This document shows positions 13,983 to 26,833 of a stretch of 64,000 nt of DNA, piece by piece. Location of the stretch: positions 41,766,901 to 41,830,900 of the forward strand of contig JARDVH010000121.1 in NCBI GenBank assembly GCA_030324005.1, read 5' to 3'. Both the position numbers and the translations under genes were made by a program. The stretch comes from Negaprion brevirostris. Its lineage: Eukaryota. The notes under the pieces were generated by a model. That model worked only from the letters and a program-made list of their open reading frames with translations. It ran no database searches and was not told the origin of the DNA. The first letter of the stretch is position 1; each line of letters starts with the position of its first letter.

Positions 13983-14298
13983 CTGATAAGAAGAGCAGAT
14001 TAAGAGTGAAACACATTAGAAAAGAGCAAAATCTCAATCGATAGGTCCCACAGGTGGTTTCACTTTCAAATTGCCTTTTATTTCTCAATTCATTTGATCC
14101 ATCCTTTCTTGAATGAAGATAACTCCTCATAGGTCAGTTTGTACCAAGTGTTTAAAATTACCAGGGACAAATTGCATTGTGTTTCTCAATGTTGATTTAG
14201 TTTGAATTGAGTCAAATAGTGATCAAGAAAAATGTAAACATTGGTCCATTTAAATGGGTTTGTCCCTCTAGTAAATATACCCTCCTCCTCTGTGTCTT

Positions 14299-14487
14299 AA
14301 AGTTTTATTTATTAGTCACAAGTAGGCTTACATTCACACTACAATGAAGCTACAGTGAAAATCCCCCTGTCACCACACTCCGGCACCCACTTGGGTACAT
14401 TGAGGGAGAATTTAGCATGGTCAATGCACCTAACCAGCATGTCTTTCAAACCAGAGGAAACCCGGGCAAACATGGGAGAAAGTGCAG
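14299..14487 (-). mobile_element. V-SINE subfamily with alternative 3' tail (partial)
   Basis: tttatttattagtcacaagtaggcttacatt...gagggagaatttagcatgg. The same tail occurs at 59320-59760 and 44486-44650. Confidence 0.75.
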
Positions 14488-17189
14488 NNNNNNNNNNNNN
14501 NNNNNNNNNNNNNNNNNNNNNNNNNNNNNNNNNNNNNNNNNNNNNNNNNNNNNNNNNNNNNNNNNNNNNNNNNNNNNNNNNNNNNNNNNNNNNNNNNNNN
14601 NNNNNNNNNNNNNGGCCTAGTAGGTAGGGATATGATCAGCGCAACTTGTGGGCCGAAGGGCCTGTTTGTGCTGTAGTTTTTCTATGTTCTTTATGTTCTT
14701 CATCATTCTGCCTGGGCTTAGCTGGGCTTGGCTGAGTCAGAATCCTGGAACTCTCTCCCTAACAGTACTGTGGGGTACACCTACACCATACGGACAACAG
14801 CAGTTCAAAGAAGCTGCTTATCACCACCTTCTCAAGAGCAATTAGGGATAGGCAATAAATGCTGGCCTAGCCAGCAACACCCACATCTCATGAATGAATG
14901 AAAAAAAAAGGACAAATTTCTATGACTATTTGCTTACTTTGTGGTATACCGGTTAATTTGAACAAAGCTGTGGTATGACTTGTGCTCAGAGCAAGGGTTT
15001 AAATTAACATGCCAGGATGAATGAGAAAATATCAGAAGTAAATAAGGGAAGAAAAGAATCAAGTGTAGGAAAAATAAAAAGGAAAATCAATGCAGGTTTA
15101 ACGACAAATTCCAGCCAGTAATGCAGCAAAGTGAGTAAGACTACCAAAAAAGAGGGGATGTTGGATGTGAATTGTATGTACACAAATAAATAGGGCAAAA
15201 TCTTCCAGCTTCCCAGCCGCGGGTTATCCGCTGGCCGAGGTTGACACATTGTTTGCTAATGGTAGGATTCGCTGGTCCCACCATTTTCTGTGGGAGTTCC
15301 TATTGATACCACGGGAAACCGGCGGGCTGGGATACACTTCCAGTGAGACCAGAGAATCCCGCTAGCATGAACAGCTGGAGTATAAAGCCTGGTGAATAAA
15401 ACTGGTAAGCCAACAACAGAAGTTGCCAAGGAACGGGGCACAAAGCCTCAATAAAGATGTAGCATAGGCAAGGCCAAGGCTGAAGACAGAGCATTCCCAG
15501 CCATAGATCATTTAGCAGGAATAGAACAGAAAAGGCAATGAAATAAGACAGTGTAAATCCAAGAATTCATTATATACTCAACCATAACAATGAAATAAGA
15601 GATAGTGAAAATGCTGACTCTGTTTAAATTTGAAGCATTATAAAAGGTTGACAGAAGTCTATTACAGACTATCAAATAATTGAAAGGATGCAGCAGAGGA
15701 GACACATAGGCAGGGCTTTATGAATGAGTAATTTTAATTTTCCATGATATAATTTTCTAAGGGTGGTTCACCTCCTGGGCAATAACACTGTGATGCAGAT
15801 GGCTCACCCTTTAATGAACCTACCTGTGGTGACCATCCCTTTAATGATCCAGAGTAAGGGCCACGTGACCCGGGGAACCAGGGTGGGGGATCATCTTGGT
15901 GTGCTCAGGTTTCAGTTCCAGAACCTTCTTGGAAGCTGACTGACAGCTATAAGACTGCAAGCCTCTGTAGTATAGTCATACGCAAGTAAATGTTGCAGTT
16001 CTTAATTACCTTACTGGTGAACAACAATTACTATACCACCTAATTTCATTCCATTGATTCTGACAGAATTAAAACCAAATAGGTTCTACAATGAAGACTC
16101 ACTCTATCAAATCTAGGCAGTAAAGCACAAATATAAATCCAATGAACTTCAGACTACTTCTAGATCAGGACAACTTTAGTTCAAAGGAATGTGTTGAGTC
16201 TAGTTCTTGGGAATGAAATAGGACAAATACAACTGATCCAAACGGATTTAAACCTACAAGGATGTAATTTGACCCATTTTTAGAGTGATCCTAATCTCAT
16301 TGCTCTTCTTTCTCCTAATACCATGACATCTTAATATCTATACCATCTCTTCATCTTTGTTCAAATGTCTAGTCTTTCCTCACAATTAAAATGTTGCATC
16401 TCTGGCATCATCTTGTTCTTCTGTGCTGGCCATCCCAAATGGGTTTATTTTCCCTGATAGCAGTGTCCAAAACTACACAAGTTAGGTTCTCTATGGTAGA
16501 ACCAATATTTTGTATAAAATTCTCCATTTTTTTATGCTCATTCATCAAGTTGAATTGAGTAAAACAGAAGAGTCGTTCAGCCCACAATGTTTATCACCTT
16601 AAAGAGCTCTATTTAATGATTCCTTAGCAATACCTTTCCCCCCCAAAAAAACTATAGCTTGATCAGTCTTTCCTGATAGTTTCTAATGTTCAGTTCTGTT
16701 ATCATCCATATAAATAATTTTCTGCATCTCCTCCAATGCCTCTCTACACCAAGGTTCTTTACAAGGTTAGCATAACTTTCCTGCTTTTCAATTCTATCTG
16801 TCTAGCAATGAATCCCCAATTTTTATTTTGATGCCCTTATTAACTTTGGTGCTTCTTTTAGTAACTCGTGTATCTGCTAGATCACTTTATCACTGTCATC
16901 CCTGTCAAATCTTATTTTCCAAACAGTATATANNNNAGACTCCCTTATTCTTCCTATTAAAATTTAAAACTCCTATTGAAATTCATTTGCCAATTCGGCA
17001 TCCATTGTCCACTTAAAGGACTCAGTTGGCAGGTTCTCCATGGGCCTTCCAGCCATCCACATCATCAGGTTAGAAGTAGAAAGGTGATGCAGTCACCACT
17101 TACCTCCCTCCCGCCTGCACGCTCCCCCAGCCCCACACCAAATCTGCCACTCTGTTATTCAATGCTTTCCTGTTCTGCCTCCCTTCTTT

Positions 17190-17642
17190 ATAGACTTGTA
17201 CACATTCAAAACTCTCATCATATCTGGTTCCAGGTCTCCTTCATCCATCACCCTGAAGTTACTGACCTATGTTGTCCTGTGGTCTGGCAACAACTTGATT
17301 TTTAAATTTTCATTAGCATGTTATAAACCCTCCATGGCCATACCCCGCCCTGCCTCTGGAATCTTCTCAAGCCGTACAATCCTTTGAGATCTCTGCTCTT
17401 CTCCAATTCTGGACCATTTGCGCATCTCCAATTTTAACCATTCCAACCTTGGCTGTGAGCTTCGGAATTTTCTTTCTAACCTTTCTCCTGTTCGCGTCAG
17501 TGGGACTTTATGGTCCTGCCGCTAACACACCGCTGGCCCAGGTTTCCTGGTAGTGAGGAGTGCTTTCAATGTGAAATGTCATTGACAACAACAGGACCAC
17601 AAAAACCTGCTGCCAGCGAGCGCACGCCACCTCCAGCCACAC

Positions 17643-17678
<36 letters not shown>

Positions 17679-17870
17679 GGGAGAAAAATCCTGCCCATAA
17701 TTCTCCCCACCTCTCTTTTTTCTTTTGAGATGCTCCAAGAAAACCTGCCTCTTTGACCAAGCTAGGAAATCCTTCCTAATTTCTCCTTACCTGGGTCAGT
17801 GTCAAATTTTGCTTGATAACCATTCTTTTGAAGCACCTTAGAATGTTAATCTGTATTAAAGGCAATATAT
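17190..17870 (+). mobile_element. L2-like LINE 3' relic containing a short MITE and a CA microsatellite
   Basis: tccatcaccc...gattttaaattttc...aagcaccttagaatg...attaaaggcaatatat is a typical decayed L2 3' end. Confidence 0.5.
17646..17676 (+). repeat. (AC)n microsatellite
   Basis: About 15 perfect AC units. Confidence 0.95.
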
Positions 17871-17873
17871 GAA

Positions 17874-18222
17874 GTGATGGCCTGGTGGTATTGTTGCTAG
17901 ACGATTATTCCAGAAACTCAGATAATGTTCTAGAGACCCGGGTTTGAATCCCGCCATGGCAGCTGGTGGAATCTGAATTGAATTTAAAAAAATCTGGAAT
18001 TAAGAATCTACTAATGGCCATGAAACCATTGTCGATTGTTGGAAAAACCACGTCTGGTTCACTGGTGTCCTTTCAGGAAGGAAATCTGCTGTCTTTACCT
18101 GGTCTGGCCTACCTGCGACTCCAGAGCCACAGCAATGTGGTTGGCTCTCAACTACCCTCGGGTAACTAGGGATGGGCAATAAATGCTGGCCAGCCAATGA
18201 CACCCATTTCCCACAAATAAAT
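17874..18222 (+). mobile_element. tRNA-derived SINE sharing its 3' tail with LINE family A
   Basis: A-box-like gtgatggcctggtggt and B-box ggtttgaatccc. Tail tagggatgggcaataaatgctggccagcc. Reverse copies at 23125-23300 and 32565-32830. Confidence 0.75.
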
Positions 18223-18761
18223 TTTTAAAAAGCTGTTGCTGGCAAAATGATGATACAAGTGGACAAAAACATAATTTATTCAAATAACATTCAGTTCACT
18301 ATTTTATGTTAAAATAAACTAACCAACATCTGCTTTAAAATAGTGAACAGAGGAACATAATAATGCATTAAGTGTCTGTCCACTGTTTTCTCCAATTTAT
18401 GAAACGTTACAAATGCTGACACCATGTGCTTGATCCTTGAATTACAAGTTTTTGATTCATCTTCAACACAAACAAGGGGTGGACCTGCCCAAGTGAGTTT
18501 CACAGTGGGAAGGAGTTTAGAATTGAATGGGAATGAGCAGGCAGGATTCTTCGGAAGGGAAATGACGGCCGGATTACATGGCTGGTGGGAAAACAGAGAC
18601 ACAGTGGGCGAGAAGCCACTGAGAGAGTTAATCAGGTTGTCATGGATAACTTTCGCACTGGTGAATGGGATTCAATTTACCTTTGGCAGCCATCAAACTC
18701 CTGACAATTGAAAGCTAGTGATGTTGAAATGTGGAAGTGTGAGATCAGCCATTTTGCAGCT

Positions 18762-19330
18762 GCCTTCCACAGGTTCAAATTTGATCACCTCACGTTTGCC
18801 TACATAGAAATCTATTTTCCACAGTTTTGCCAATTCACTTAAACTATCAACATCTCTCTGTAATATTACGCTTCCACCCACACCACTTACAATTCTGCCT
18901 AACTTTGTGTCATTGGCAAATTTGGAAATGTGACACTCTATTCCAATCATCCATGCTGTTAATAGATTTGGTAAATAATTTAGGCCTCAGATCATTGCTG
19001 GACACTACTATTCCTATGTGCAAAGTGCCTGCCCAATATCCCTACTCTTTCTGCTCAGCCGATTTTCTAACCAGGTCAATAATTTGCCCTCAGCTCCATG
19101 AGCTTCAATTTTAGCCAACAGTCTCTTATGAGGTACTTAATAAAATACCTCCTGAAGTCCACAAGTAACATCCATATAAATTCCCCTGCCCACTATTTTA
19201 GTCATCTCTCCCAGGATTTTGCTCAGGTTTGTCAGACCTGACCTCTTCCCAAATCCATACTGACCCTGATTAGCTGCGAGAAGTTTCAAGGTGCTCAGTC
19301 ACCCTTTTCTTACTTATTGACTCCAATAAT
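18762..19330 (-). mobile_element. Old CR1 RT fragment
   Basis: Decayed ISKFANDTKLG...LQRDVDSLSELAKLW motif. Confidence 0.75.
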
Positions 19331-20562
19331 TTTTATACACCAGATAGTGGGTGTTGTGGGGTCTTCTCAGAGATTAGGAGCCCAATTGTATCATCAAGTT
19401 GCACCCGTTTTTGGGTGCCAAAGCTTAGTAAAATCAGACATGAAGTGAGTAGTGTGACCTGCGACCGCCTCTGTTCCTGTTCCCCCTTTACCAAGTGCCT
19501 AAAATGGCCATGATCAGGACCGCACCCAAAATAGGCACAACGACAATTTAAATGCATTTGCATGCATTTAAGTTGACTTAATGGGCTGGATACCCCAAAC
19601 TTACCAGCATTTCCCCCTTTATCACTGCATTCGCCCATCCAGATTCGGCACGAATCAGACATGGTCTGCCGCAAAACTTCAATTTGAGCGCTCCAGCTTC
19701 TGAGGAGGCTTCCGGTGGCTCTCTGACTCAGATCGGTCTTGGGGGGTAGTGGGGGTGGAGAGGGGGTGGTGATGGAGGGGGAGGGAGATGGCGGCCCTGG
19801 GTATCACCAAAAAACCTCAGCAAATACAAAGACTCACAAAGCCTGCATCCCGTTTATAGACTTATCTTTATTTGACCAATGATTTAACATTGGGCAGTCC
19901 AACACCTCTCTGGAACAGAAGGCCCTGGGCATTTGAATACCGCTCTGAGGTTATAATACATCCGCCAAAACAGTTATACATTTCTCAAGTTTGCTTTTCC
20001 GGCCTTCCCATTAGTTATGAACCGGTCGTCATTAGTACAAATTAATCATTGTTAACAGTTGTCAAATACTTTAGCCAATTACATTCTACCCTCTGACTTC
20101 ATGGGATTTCGGATGCATTTCCCCTCTGTAGTTCAGCAACCCCAAACGCTTAGCTACAAAAGTCAAAATTACTGTTCCCACAAATTCTCAATTACATCAA
20201 TGGCTAAACCAGACAACTGAAATTCTCACATCTGAGAAGAACTGTCTGTCAGGACAACCTGAACAGCCCTATTCATAAAGTGATTTTGGGAACTGTACTG
20301 CTTGTAACTTTTGCTGATTAAACTGTGCATACTCTGTGGTTTCATTGTTCCAAAGAATGTGGTTTGTCTGCTAAGTTTTTATCCCATCAAGTCTCATTAC
20401 CTTTGACTAAAGTTTACAATTGTATTTAAAAAAAAGCTAAAATACACTTTAAAATCCAAAATACATGTTTGAAATAGAAATACTTGTTCAAATCTCATAC
20501 CTATTTATATCTCTTACTGTGTTCACACCATCTTCATGATGACAATTTCCCTGTTACTCTGT

Positions 20563-20904
20563 GGGCCCGATTTCACCTTTGAGTCGCACCTGATTTTGGG
20601 TGCAAAAACTTGGTAAAGTCGGGCATGATACGATTAGCATGATCCGTGCCCATGTCCTTGCAGGTGCCCACTTTACCAAGGTCCGAAAATGGCTGCGATC
20701 TAAACCGCACCCGAAAAGGGCGCAATGGCGATTTAAGTACATTTGCATACATTTACGTTGAATGAATGAACTGCCCGCCCAACTTTACCATCACATCTAT
20801 GCGTCCAGATACGGCGCAAAACAGACATGGTCCGCAAAGGTCTGTTTCGGGCGCTCCAGCTTCTGAAGAGGTAAGTTCAGAGCTTCCAACAGCTCTCTGA
20901 CTCA
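20563..20904 (+). mobile_element. GGGCCCGATTTTACC-family TIR element, left part
   Basis: Similar to 19378-19790, 23304-23880, 61574-62901 and 62905-63280. Confidence 0.7.
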
Positions 20905-21762
20905 NNNNNNNNNNNNNNNNNNNNNNNNNNNNNNNNNNNNNNNNNNNNNNNNNNNNNNNNNNNNNNNNNNNNNNNNNNNNNNNNNNNNNNNNNNNNNNNN
21001 NNNNAAGGAGAATTTAGCATTGCCAACGCACCTAGCCAGCACATCTTTGAGACTGTGGGAGGAAACCGAGCATCCAGAGGAAAACTAACCAGACATGGGG
21101 AGAATGTGCAGACTCCTCACAGACAATGACCCCAGGTCCTTCGTACTGTGGAGGCAGCAGTGCTAATCACTGTGCCACCATGCTGCCCATTCCAGGTATA
21201 GAGAGAAAAGGAATGTGCTTTCCAAAGGAGAACAGTTAAAAAACTGGAGGGTTTACTTTTGCGTATTATTATGCACTTCTGAGCACCTAACAAAGCCAGT
21301 TTTCTTTTTCAAATTCTTATTGGGAAGAGCTGTGCCATACTCTGGCCAGTGGACAGCCTGTATTTTTTTTTTAAAAGGCAGAATTACCTTTCACATCCTA
21401 GATATATTCCTTATATCACTGGCCATGAATTCTGCCATTAGCCAGTGCAAGTGGGCACCACAGAGTGGGCTGCCACCTCAGAATAGTAACTTTGACTGAC
21501 AGCTATTTCTGATTCTTGGAAAGAAATGACACAAGTCAATGATTGGCTGCTATGCATCTCACACTCTTTAAATGGTAAATTCTCACTACCTCAGTGATGT
21601 GTAATTCCAAAGCACGCAGTATAAAAAGTGGCTACAGCTTAAAGCCTCAGATAGCTTAGCTTTGAAGAGTTAACACACACAGAACAGACAACTGGTTTGT
21701 AATCTATGTTTCGAACCAAAGATTTTTTTTAAATGGCAGGTCGGTTTCAGTTTGTGGTTAAA

Positions 21763-23120
21763 TTCCTCCAGCAGAAACAGAGAAATCTTTGCAAAAGCTG
21801 CAGGAGTGCTCACTTTCTGTGCTTCAGGTGGGAAAACATCAGCTCCCGAAGTTTTGCCGATGGCAATTGAGTCAACAGCTTTGCTAAGCTCCTTCCCAGT
21901 CATTTCGACATCCAGCTGTACCATGACAGGCAAGCTGTGATGTATAGAGCATCCTCTGTGAGAGCTCTCACCCTAGAGTACAACTCAAGGTATTATTCCA
22001 CACAAATTTCTCTGTCTCTGCTGGAGAAGCAAGCAATGCTCGAGGATATGTGCGATACAAAGATTGTGAACCGGTGCAAGAGCAAGGGTAACCGTAATGA
22101 TTGCAACAACTGTGGAGATATTGACCTGTTGACCATCATGAGAGAACTAGTTGCCCATGTTTTGCTTGTCAGACTGTCGATCCTGGCTGAATGCGTCCAC
22201 CCTGCAGGATTTTTCTCCCACTCCGTGGCCCATTTTGCTGCGGCGGATGGTGGTGTGTGCTTGCTAGTGGCAGGATCTTTTCGTCCTGCCATTTTCAATG
22301 GGGCTTATTGTTGATCACACTGCTTGCAGCCGCGAAATGCAGTGGGGGTGCGCCACTGGCAGGACCATAAGATCCCACTGGTGTGAACAGTAGCAAGTTA
22401 GTGATAATTTTCTCTGTCTGGCAGATGCAAGAGAATTGCCATGAACAAATATAATGCGTCAATCTTCACTAAGGCAGTTGATCATTTGAGCAGTGATGGT
22501 CTCTTAAAGCAAATGGAGAAAATTTGCTACTCGCCAAATCTGTTCAATGTGATTTCCCATCTCTATGACAACATGATGTGTAAGGTCAGCTATGATAAGG
22601 CAACATCAGAACCTTCGGAGTCTGCAGTGGGGTCAAATAGGGCTGTGTTCCAGCACTGACACTGTTCAGCATACCCTTCTCCTGCTGATATTATATGCAT
22701 CCAAGTCATCTACAGAAAGTTCTGCTTACACAGAGAAACCAATCAAAAGGTGTTCAATCTTCTTCACCTTAGATCCAAAAGAAAGTTATGTCATCAGAAA
22801 TTCGCTCTGTATTGTCAATGCTGCACTAGCATTCCACAACAAGGAACACCTGCACTGGCAAAATGGATGACTGCTCTCATGCCTATAATAAGAGTTTAAC
22901 CAGCAGTATCAGGAAGACTAATGTCATGGTCCAGGATATCATCCATCAGCATTGACAATGCAAAGCTGGAGGTTGTTGATAGCCTCACGCATACTCTGCA
23001 AACACTCGATGCTGAAATCAACACATGTATCGCAAAAGCTACACTGTTATATCCAAGCTGAAAAGGACAGCAAGGAAGTAAAAGCAACCTGACTGAGAAT
23101 ACCAAACCCTGGGTTTACCA
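21763..23120 (+). mobile_element. RTE-clade LINE relic with inverted 5' segment
   Basis: Plus strand: EDMCDTKIV..KSKGNRNDCNN..IDLL. Minus strand 21763-22002: LPVMVQLD..ELSKAVDSIAIGKTSGAD, which is the immediately upstream part of RTE ORF2. Confidence 0.75.
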
Positions 23121-23303
23121 AGGGACATGCATGTCGCTGGCTGGCCAGCATTTATTGCCTATCCCTAGTTGCCCAAGAGCAGTTGAGAGTCAATCACATT
23201 GCTGTGGCTCTGGAGTCCATATAGGTCAGATCAGGTAAGGATGGCAGATTTCCTATCTAAAAGGACATTAGTGAACCAGATGGGTTTTCCGACAATTGAC
23301 AAT

Positions 23304-23880
23304 GGGCCCAATTTTACCGTTACATTGCGACTGTTTTTGGGCACAAAAACTTGGTAAAGTTGGGCGTGAGGACATTAGTGCAATCTGTGCCCACGTCGGA
23401 GCATATGCCCACTTTACCAAGGCCCGAAAATGGTTGCAATCTAAATCATAGAAAACATAGAAACATAGAACAGTACAGCACAGTACAAGCCCTTCAGCCC
23501 TCAATGTTGTGCCGAGCTATGTCCAAACCCAAGATCAAGTATCCTACTCCCTATTATTCTGGTCAGGAATCGCACCCAAAATGGGTGCAATGGCAATTTA
23601 AATGCATTTACATACACTTAAATTGAATTAATGGGCCACCCGCCCAACTTTACCAGCATTTCCCACTTTACCATCATGTTCACGTGTCCAGATTTGGCGC
23701 AAAAGACATGTTTGGCAAAGGTCTGTTTCGGGCATTGCAGCTTCTGAAGAGGTAAGTTCAGAGCTTCCAACAGCTCTCTGACTCAGATTGGTGGTGGGGT
23801 GGGGAGGGGAGGGAGGTGAGTCAGATCATTCTCTGATTTGGGGTGGGTGGGACGAGGGAGGCCAGATCGTTCTCTGTTCT
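23304..23880 (+). mobile_element. GGGCCC-family TIR element, left part, with a nested CR1 tail (23447-23555)
   Basis: gggcccaattttacc start. Interrupted by the reversed LINE tail catagaaaacatagaaacatagaacagtacagcacag. Confidence 0.65.
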
Positions 23881-24580
23881 TTGATTGGACTGCCATCTTT
23901 ATCACCCAGGTTGCCCATTTCCTCCAGTTCTGCCCTGAACATTAGCAGATTTTACAAAGCATGATTGTATCAGGGACATAGCCTTCCTTCCCTGTCTTTA
24001 GATAAGTATAAATTGTGGACTGCACAATTTACACTGGGCCTGGGCCAAGACCTAAACTGGTCATTCCCTTTGGCCTTGATCCTTGCTCCTTCTGATCCAA
24101 GGAGTGTGGACTTGAACATACCTGGTGCACAACTGATTTAGCCAGCCACGCTTGGTGCTACTCCCCTGTCACTATTCCACATTTGAATTCCCCACCATAG
24201 CTGTGCATCTCAGCATTCTTCAATGGATTAATCATAACACAATCCCCTCTCACTTTTCCATCCAGTGCATCAGCTTATTCCAACTCATTATAGGTAAGCT
24301 TAATATTAATTACATTCTAAATAACATGCAAAAAATAATAATTGTTATTTCTGGTTTGAAATACCTTTATTCATGTTGTTGGAAACCGAGAATACATTTG
24401 CAAGTGTAAAAATAACTTGAAGCATGGAGAAAACATTCCTTAACTGATTGGACAGAGTACTCCAGACATTAAAATTAGATGGCAGCATTAAACAGTATGT
24501 TACAATTAAAAAATACATTTACAAACATAATCCATATTTGATACTGGACATTTGTACAATTATTTTGTGAATATATGTAT

Positions 24581-24853
24581 GGGCAGCACGGTGCTACAAG
24601 GGACCCATGTACAATTCTGGCCTTGGGGGTGACTGTGTGGAGTTGGCATGTTTTCCCCGTGTCTGCGTGGGTTTCATCCGGGATGCTCTGGTTTCCTCCC
24701 ACAGTCCAAACATGTGTACGTTAAGTGGATCAGCCATGGTAAATGAGAATAAGGGACAGAGCGAGGGGGGTGGGCCTAGGTAAGATGCTCTTCGGAAAGT
24801 CCGTGCAGACTCAGTGGCTGAATGGCCTCCTTCTGCACTGTAGGGATTCTATG
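24581..24853 (+). mobile_element. HE1 V-SINE (in or near the collagen 3' UTR)
   Basis: gggcagcacggtg...gtgtctgcgtgggtttc...gaatggcctccttctgcactgtagggattctatg. Confidence 0.85.
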
Positions 24854-25619
24854 TAATGGTGCTGAATGGGAACTACTTACAGTCTTACACCTCTCAGGCT
24901 TATACTTAGTGACATGCCACGAAAGGAAATTTCACAAACTCTAAATTAAATGCACATCGAAGTAAAATTCGTATTGATTTTGAGAAAAACTAAGATACTA
25001 ACACTAAAAAAAATACAAAATTTCATTTGGCAAATGACTGTAGTTCTGCAGCAACAATGAACACTCTCAGTCTTCTTCAACATGTAAACAGCTCAAAAGC
25101 ATTTCTTTGCAGCTATCTTTACATCAGGCACCAAAAATAAGTCTAAATCTTTCTTTATTTATCTCTCTGCGACTCAGAATGTACCGATTAACATTCATGT
25201 TTTCTGACTGATTGGCACACATTCTTTCTGGTAGCAGACAATTATTCTACACTGCAACTTCAGATTTCTTTACATATGAATGATTGTTCATGCACCATGC
25301 CATCAATTTGCCCATTCCCTTTCAAACAGAATGGCCAAAGTTTTACCGTCCCGCCCACCATGGGAATCGGAGCAGGCGAGAGGAGGACAATGGAAAGGCT
25401 CGTTGACCTCAGGCTGGATTTTACGGTTTCGGGATGAGCGAGGCCATAAAATCCTGCCCAACATGTTGAAACTTACTGTGCCATCACAATGTGGATACAA
25501 AAATCTTTCTATTCTCTTGTGGTTTGTGGCTCTTTCAACTCAATGCTTTTCATTAAATGGTTTGCTTTGATCATTTGTACTTATCCTTACACATAAAAAC
25601 GAGAATTGCTTCCAATGAT

Positions 25620-25666
25620 TTAAGGCACGTATTGCAAGTCAGCCTCAGATTCAACGTCTGATTCGC
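25620..25666 (-). CDS. COL20A1: Collagen XX proximal terminal exon (NC1 and stop)
   Basis: CTAAT branch-like motif, long T tract, ttAG acceptor. Phase-1 frame SESDVESEADLQYVP-TAA. Candidate minus-strand AATAAA at 25154-25159 and 24366-24371. Confidence 0.8.
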
Positions 25667-25844
25667 CTAATTGAAACAAAATTGTAAAAAAAAACATTAG
25701 TAGCAAAAACAGAAACCAGAAATAAAGATTGTCAAACTTCAAACCTCTTGTGAAAAGGTTTTAGGAGAAAAGATGTATATGAGTCAAAGGCTAACTTTGA
25801 AGCTGTTAACTTGATAACATTCAGCAAGAGATATTCATACTCAC

Positions 25845-26000
25845 TCCTTGGGCTAAGCGTGCTGCAGGCAGAGACGTCACAATGTCCTGCAGGACCTGGT
25901 GGCCCAACGGACCCAGGAAAACCTGGCAGTCCAGGGCGGCCTGGCGGGCCAGGCAAACCCTGCGGTCCCTGTTTTCCACGTTTTCCCTCACCTCGTGGAC
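25845..26000 (-). CDS. COL20A1: Collagen XX exon, end of COL1 with FACIT C-x4-C motif
   Basis: 156 bp, GTGAGT phase-1 donor. Encodes GPRGEGKRGKQGPQGLPGPPGRPGLPGFPGSVGPPGPAGHCDVSACSTLSPR. Confidence 0.93.
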
Positions 26001-26469
26001 CTTCACAAACATATACAAAGTTAGAACATTGCTCAGTGAGTCAACACAGTGGCTGTCATGAAGTGACAGGACAGTGCAGACTGGCAGTGCACTTGGCTAC
26101 AGAATCTCCACCCACTTCTGGGCCTATGGATTAAATTCCATTTCAGGTTGACAGGATGAATTGTCATATGAGGAACACTTGAGGACTCTGAGTCTGTACT
26201 CATTGGAGTTTGGAAAGAACTTAAGAACATAAGAAATAGGAGCAGGAGTAGGCCATCCAGCCCTTCGAGCCTGCCCCGCCATTCAATAAGATNNNNNNNN
26301 NNNNNNNNNNNNNNNNNNNNNNNNNNNNNNNNNNNCTCGCCCACTACTCTTAGCTACTCTAAACGCCTCCGCTTTTAATTTAACACTTTCCTTCACCTCC
26401 TTCATTATCCACAGCTTATTACCTCTCCTCCTACAGTCCTTTTTAAAGGCGACGGGGAGATTTTATTGA

Positions 26470-26828
26470 AGCTTACAGGATACTGCGAGGCCTGGACAGA
26501 GTGGACGTGGAGAGGATGTTTCCACTAGCAGGAAAAACCACAACCAGAAGGCACCACCTCAGGCTAAAGGAAAAGAGATGAGGAGGAATTCCTTCAACCA
26601 GAGATTGGTGGAACTGTGGAACTCTTTGCCACAGAAGGCTGTGGAGGCCAGGCCATTGAGTGTCTTTAAGACAGAGATCGATAGGTTCTTGATTAATAAA
26701 GGGGTCAGGGGTTATGGGGAAAAGGCAGGAGAACGGGGTTGAGAAAAACATCAGCCATGATTGAATGGCAAAGCAAATTCAAAAGGGCCAAGTGGCATAA
26801 TTCTGCCCCTATGTATTATGGTCTTATG
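26470..26828 (+). mobile_element. CR1/HER1 LINE 3' end
   Basis: GLDRVDVERMFPL-type coding end and a tatggtcttatgg tail. A reverse copy lies at 35694-36200. Confidence 0.85.
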
Positions 26829-26833
26829 GATTG

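Noticed and set aside
15789-16026. Possible short solo LTR (tg...ca)
   Set aside because: No TSD and no second copy in the window; support is too weak.
1-24000. Neighbouring gene such as CHRNA4 expected from amniote synteny
   Set aside because: I found no exon encoding the nicotinic receptor M4 or C-terminal motif, and no other recognisable host protein.
25732-25844. ORF continuation EYEYLLLNVIK... after the C-x4-C motif
   Set aside because: It reads through a consensus GTGAGT donor, and a good downstream terminal exon exists. Intron retention is not excluded but has no support.
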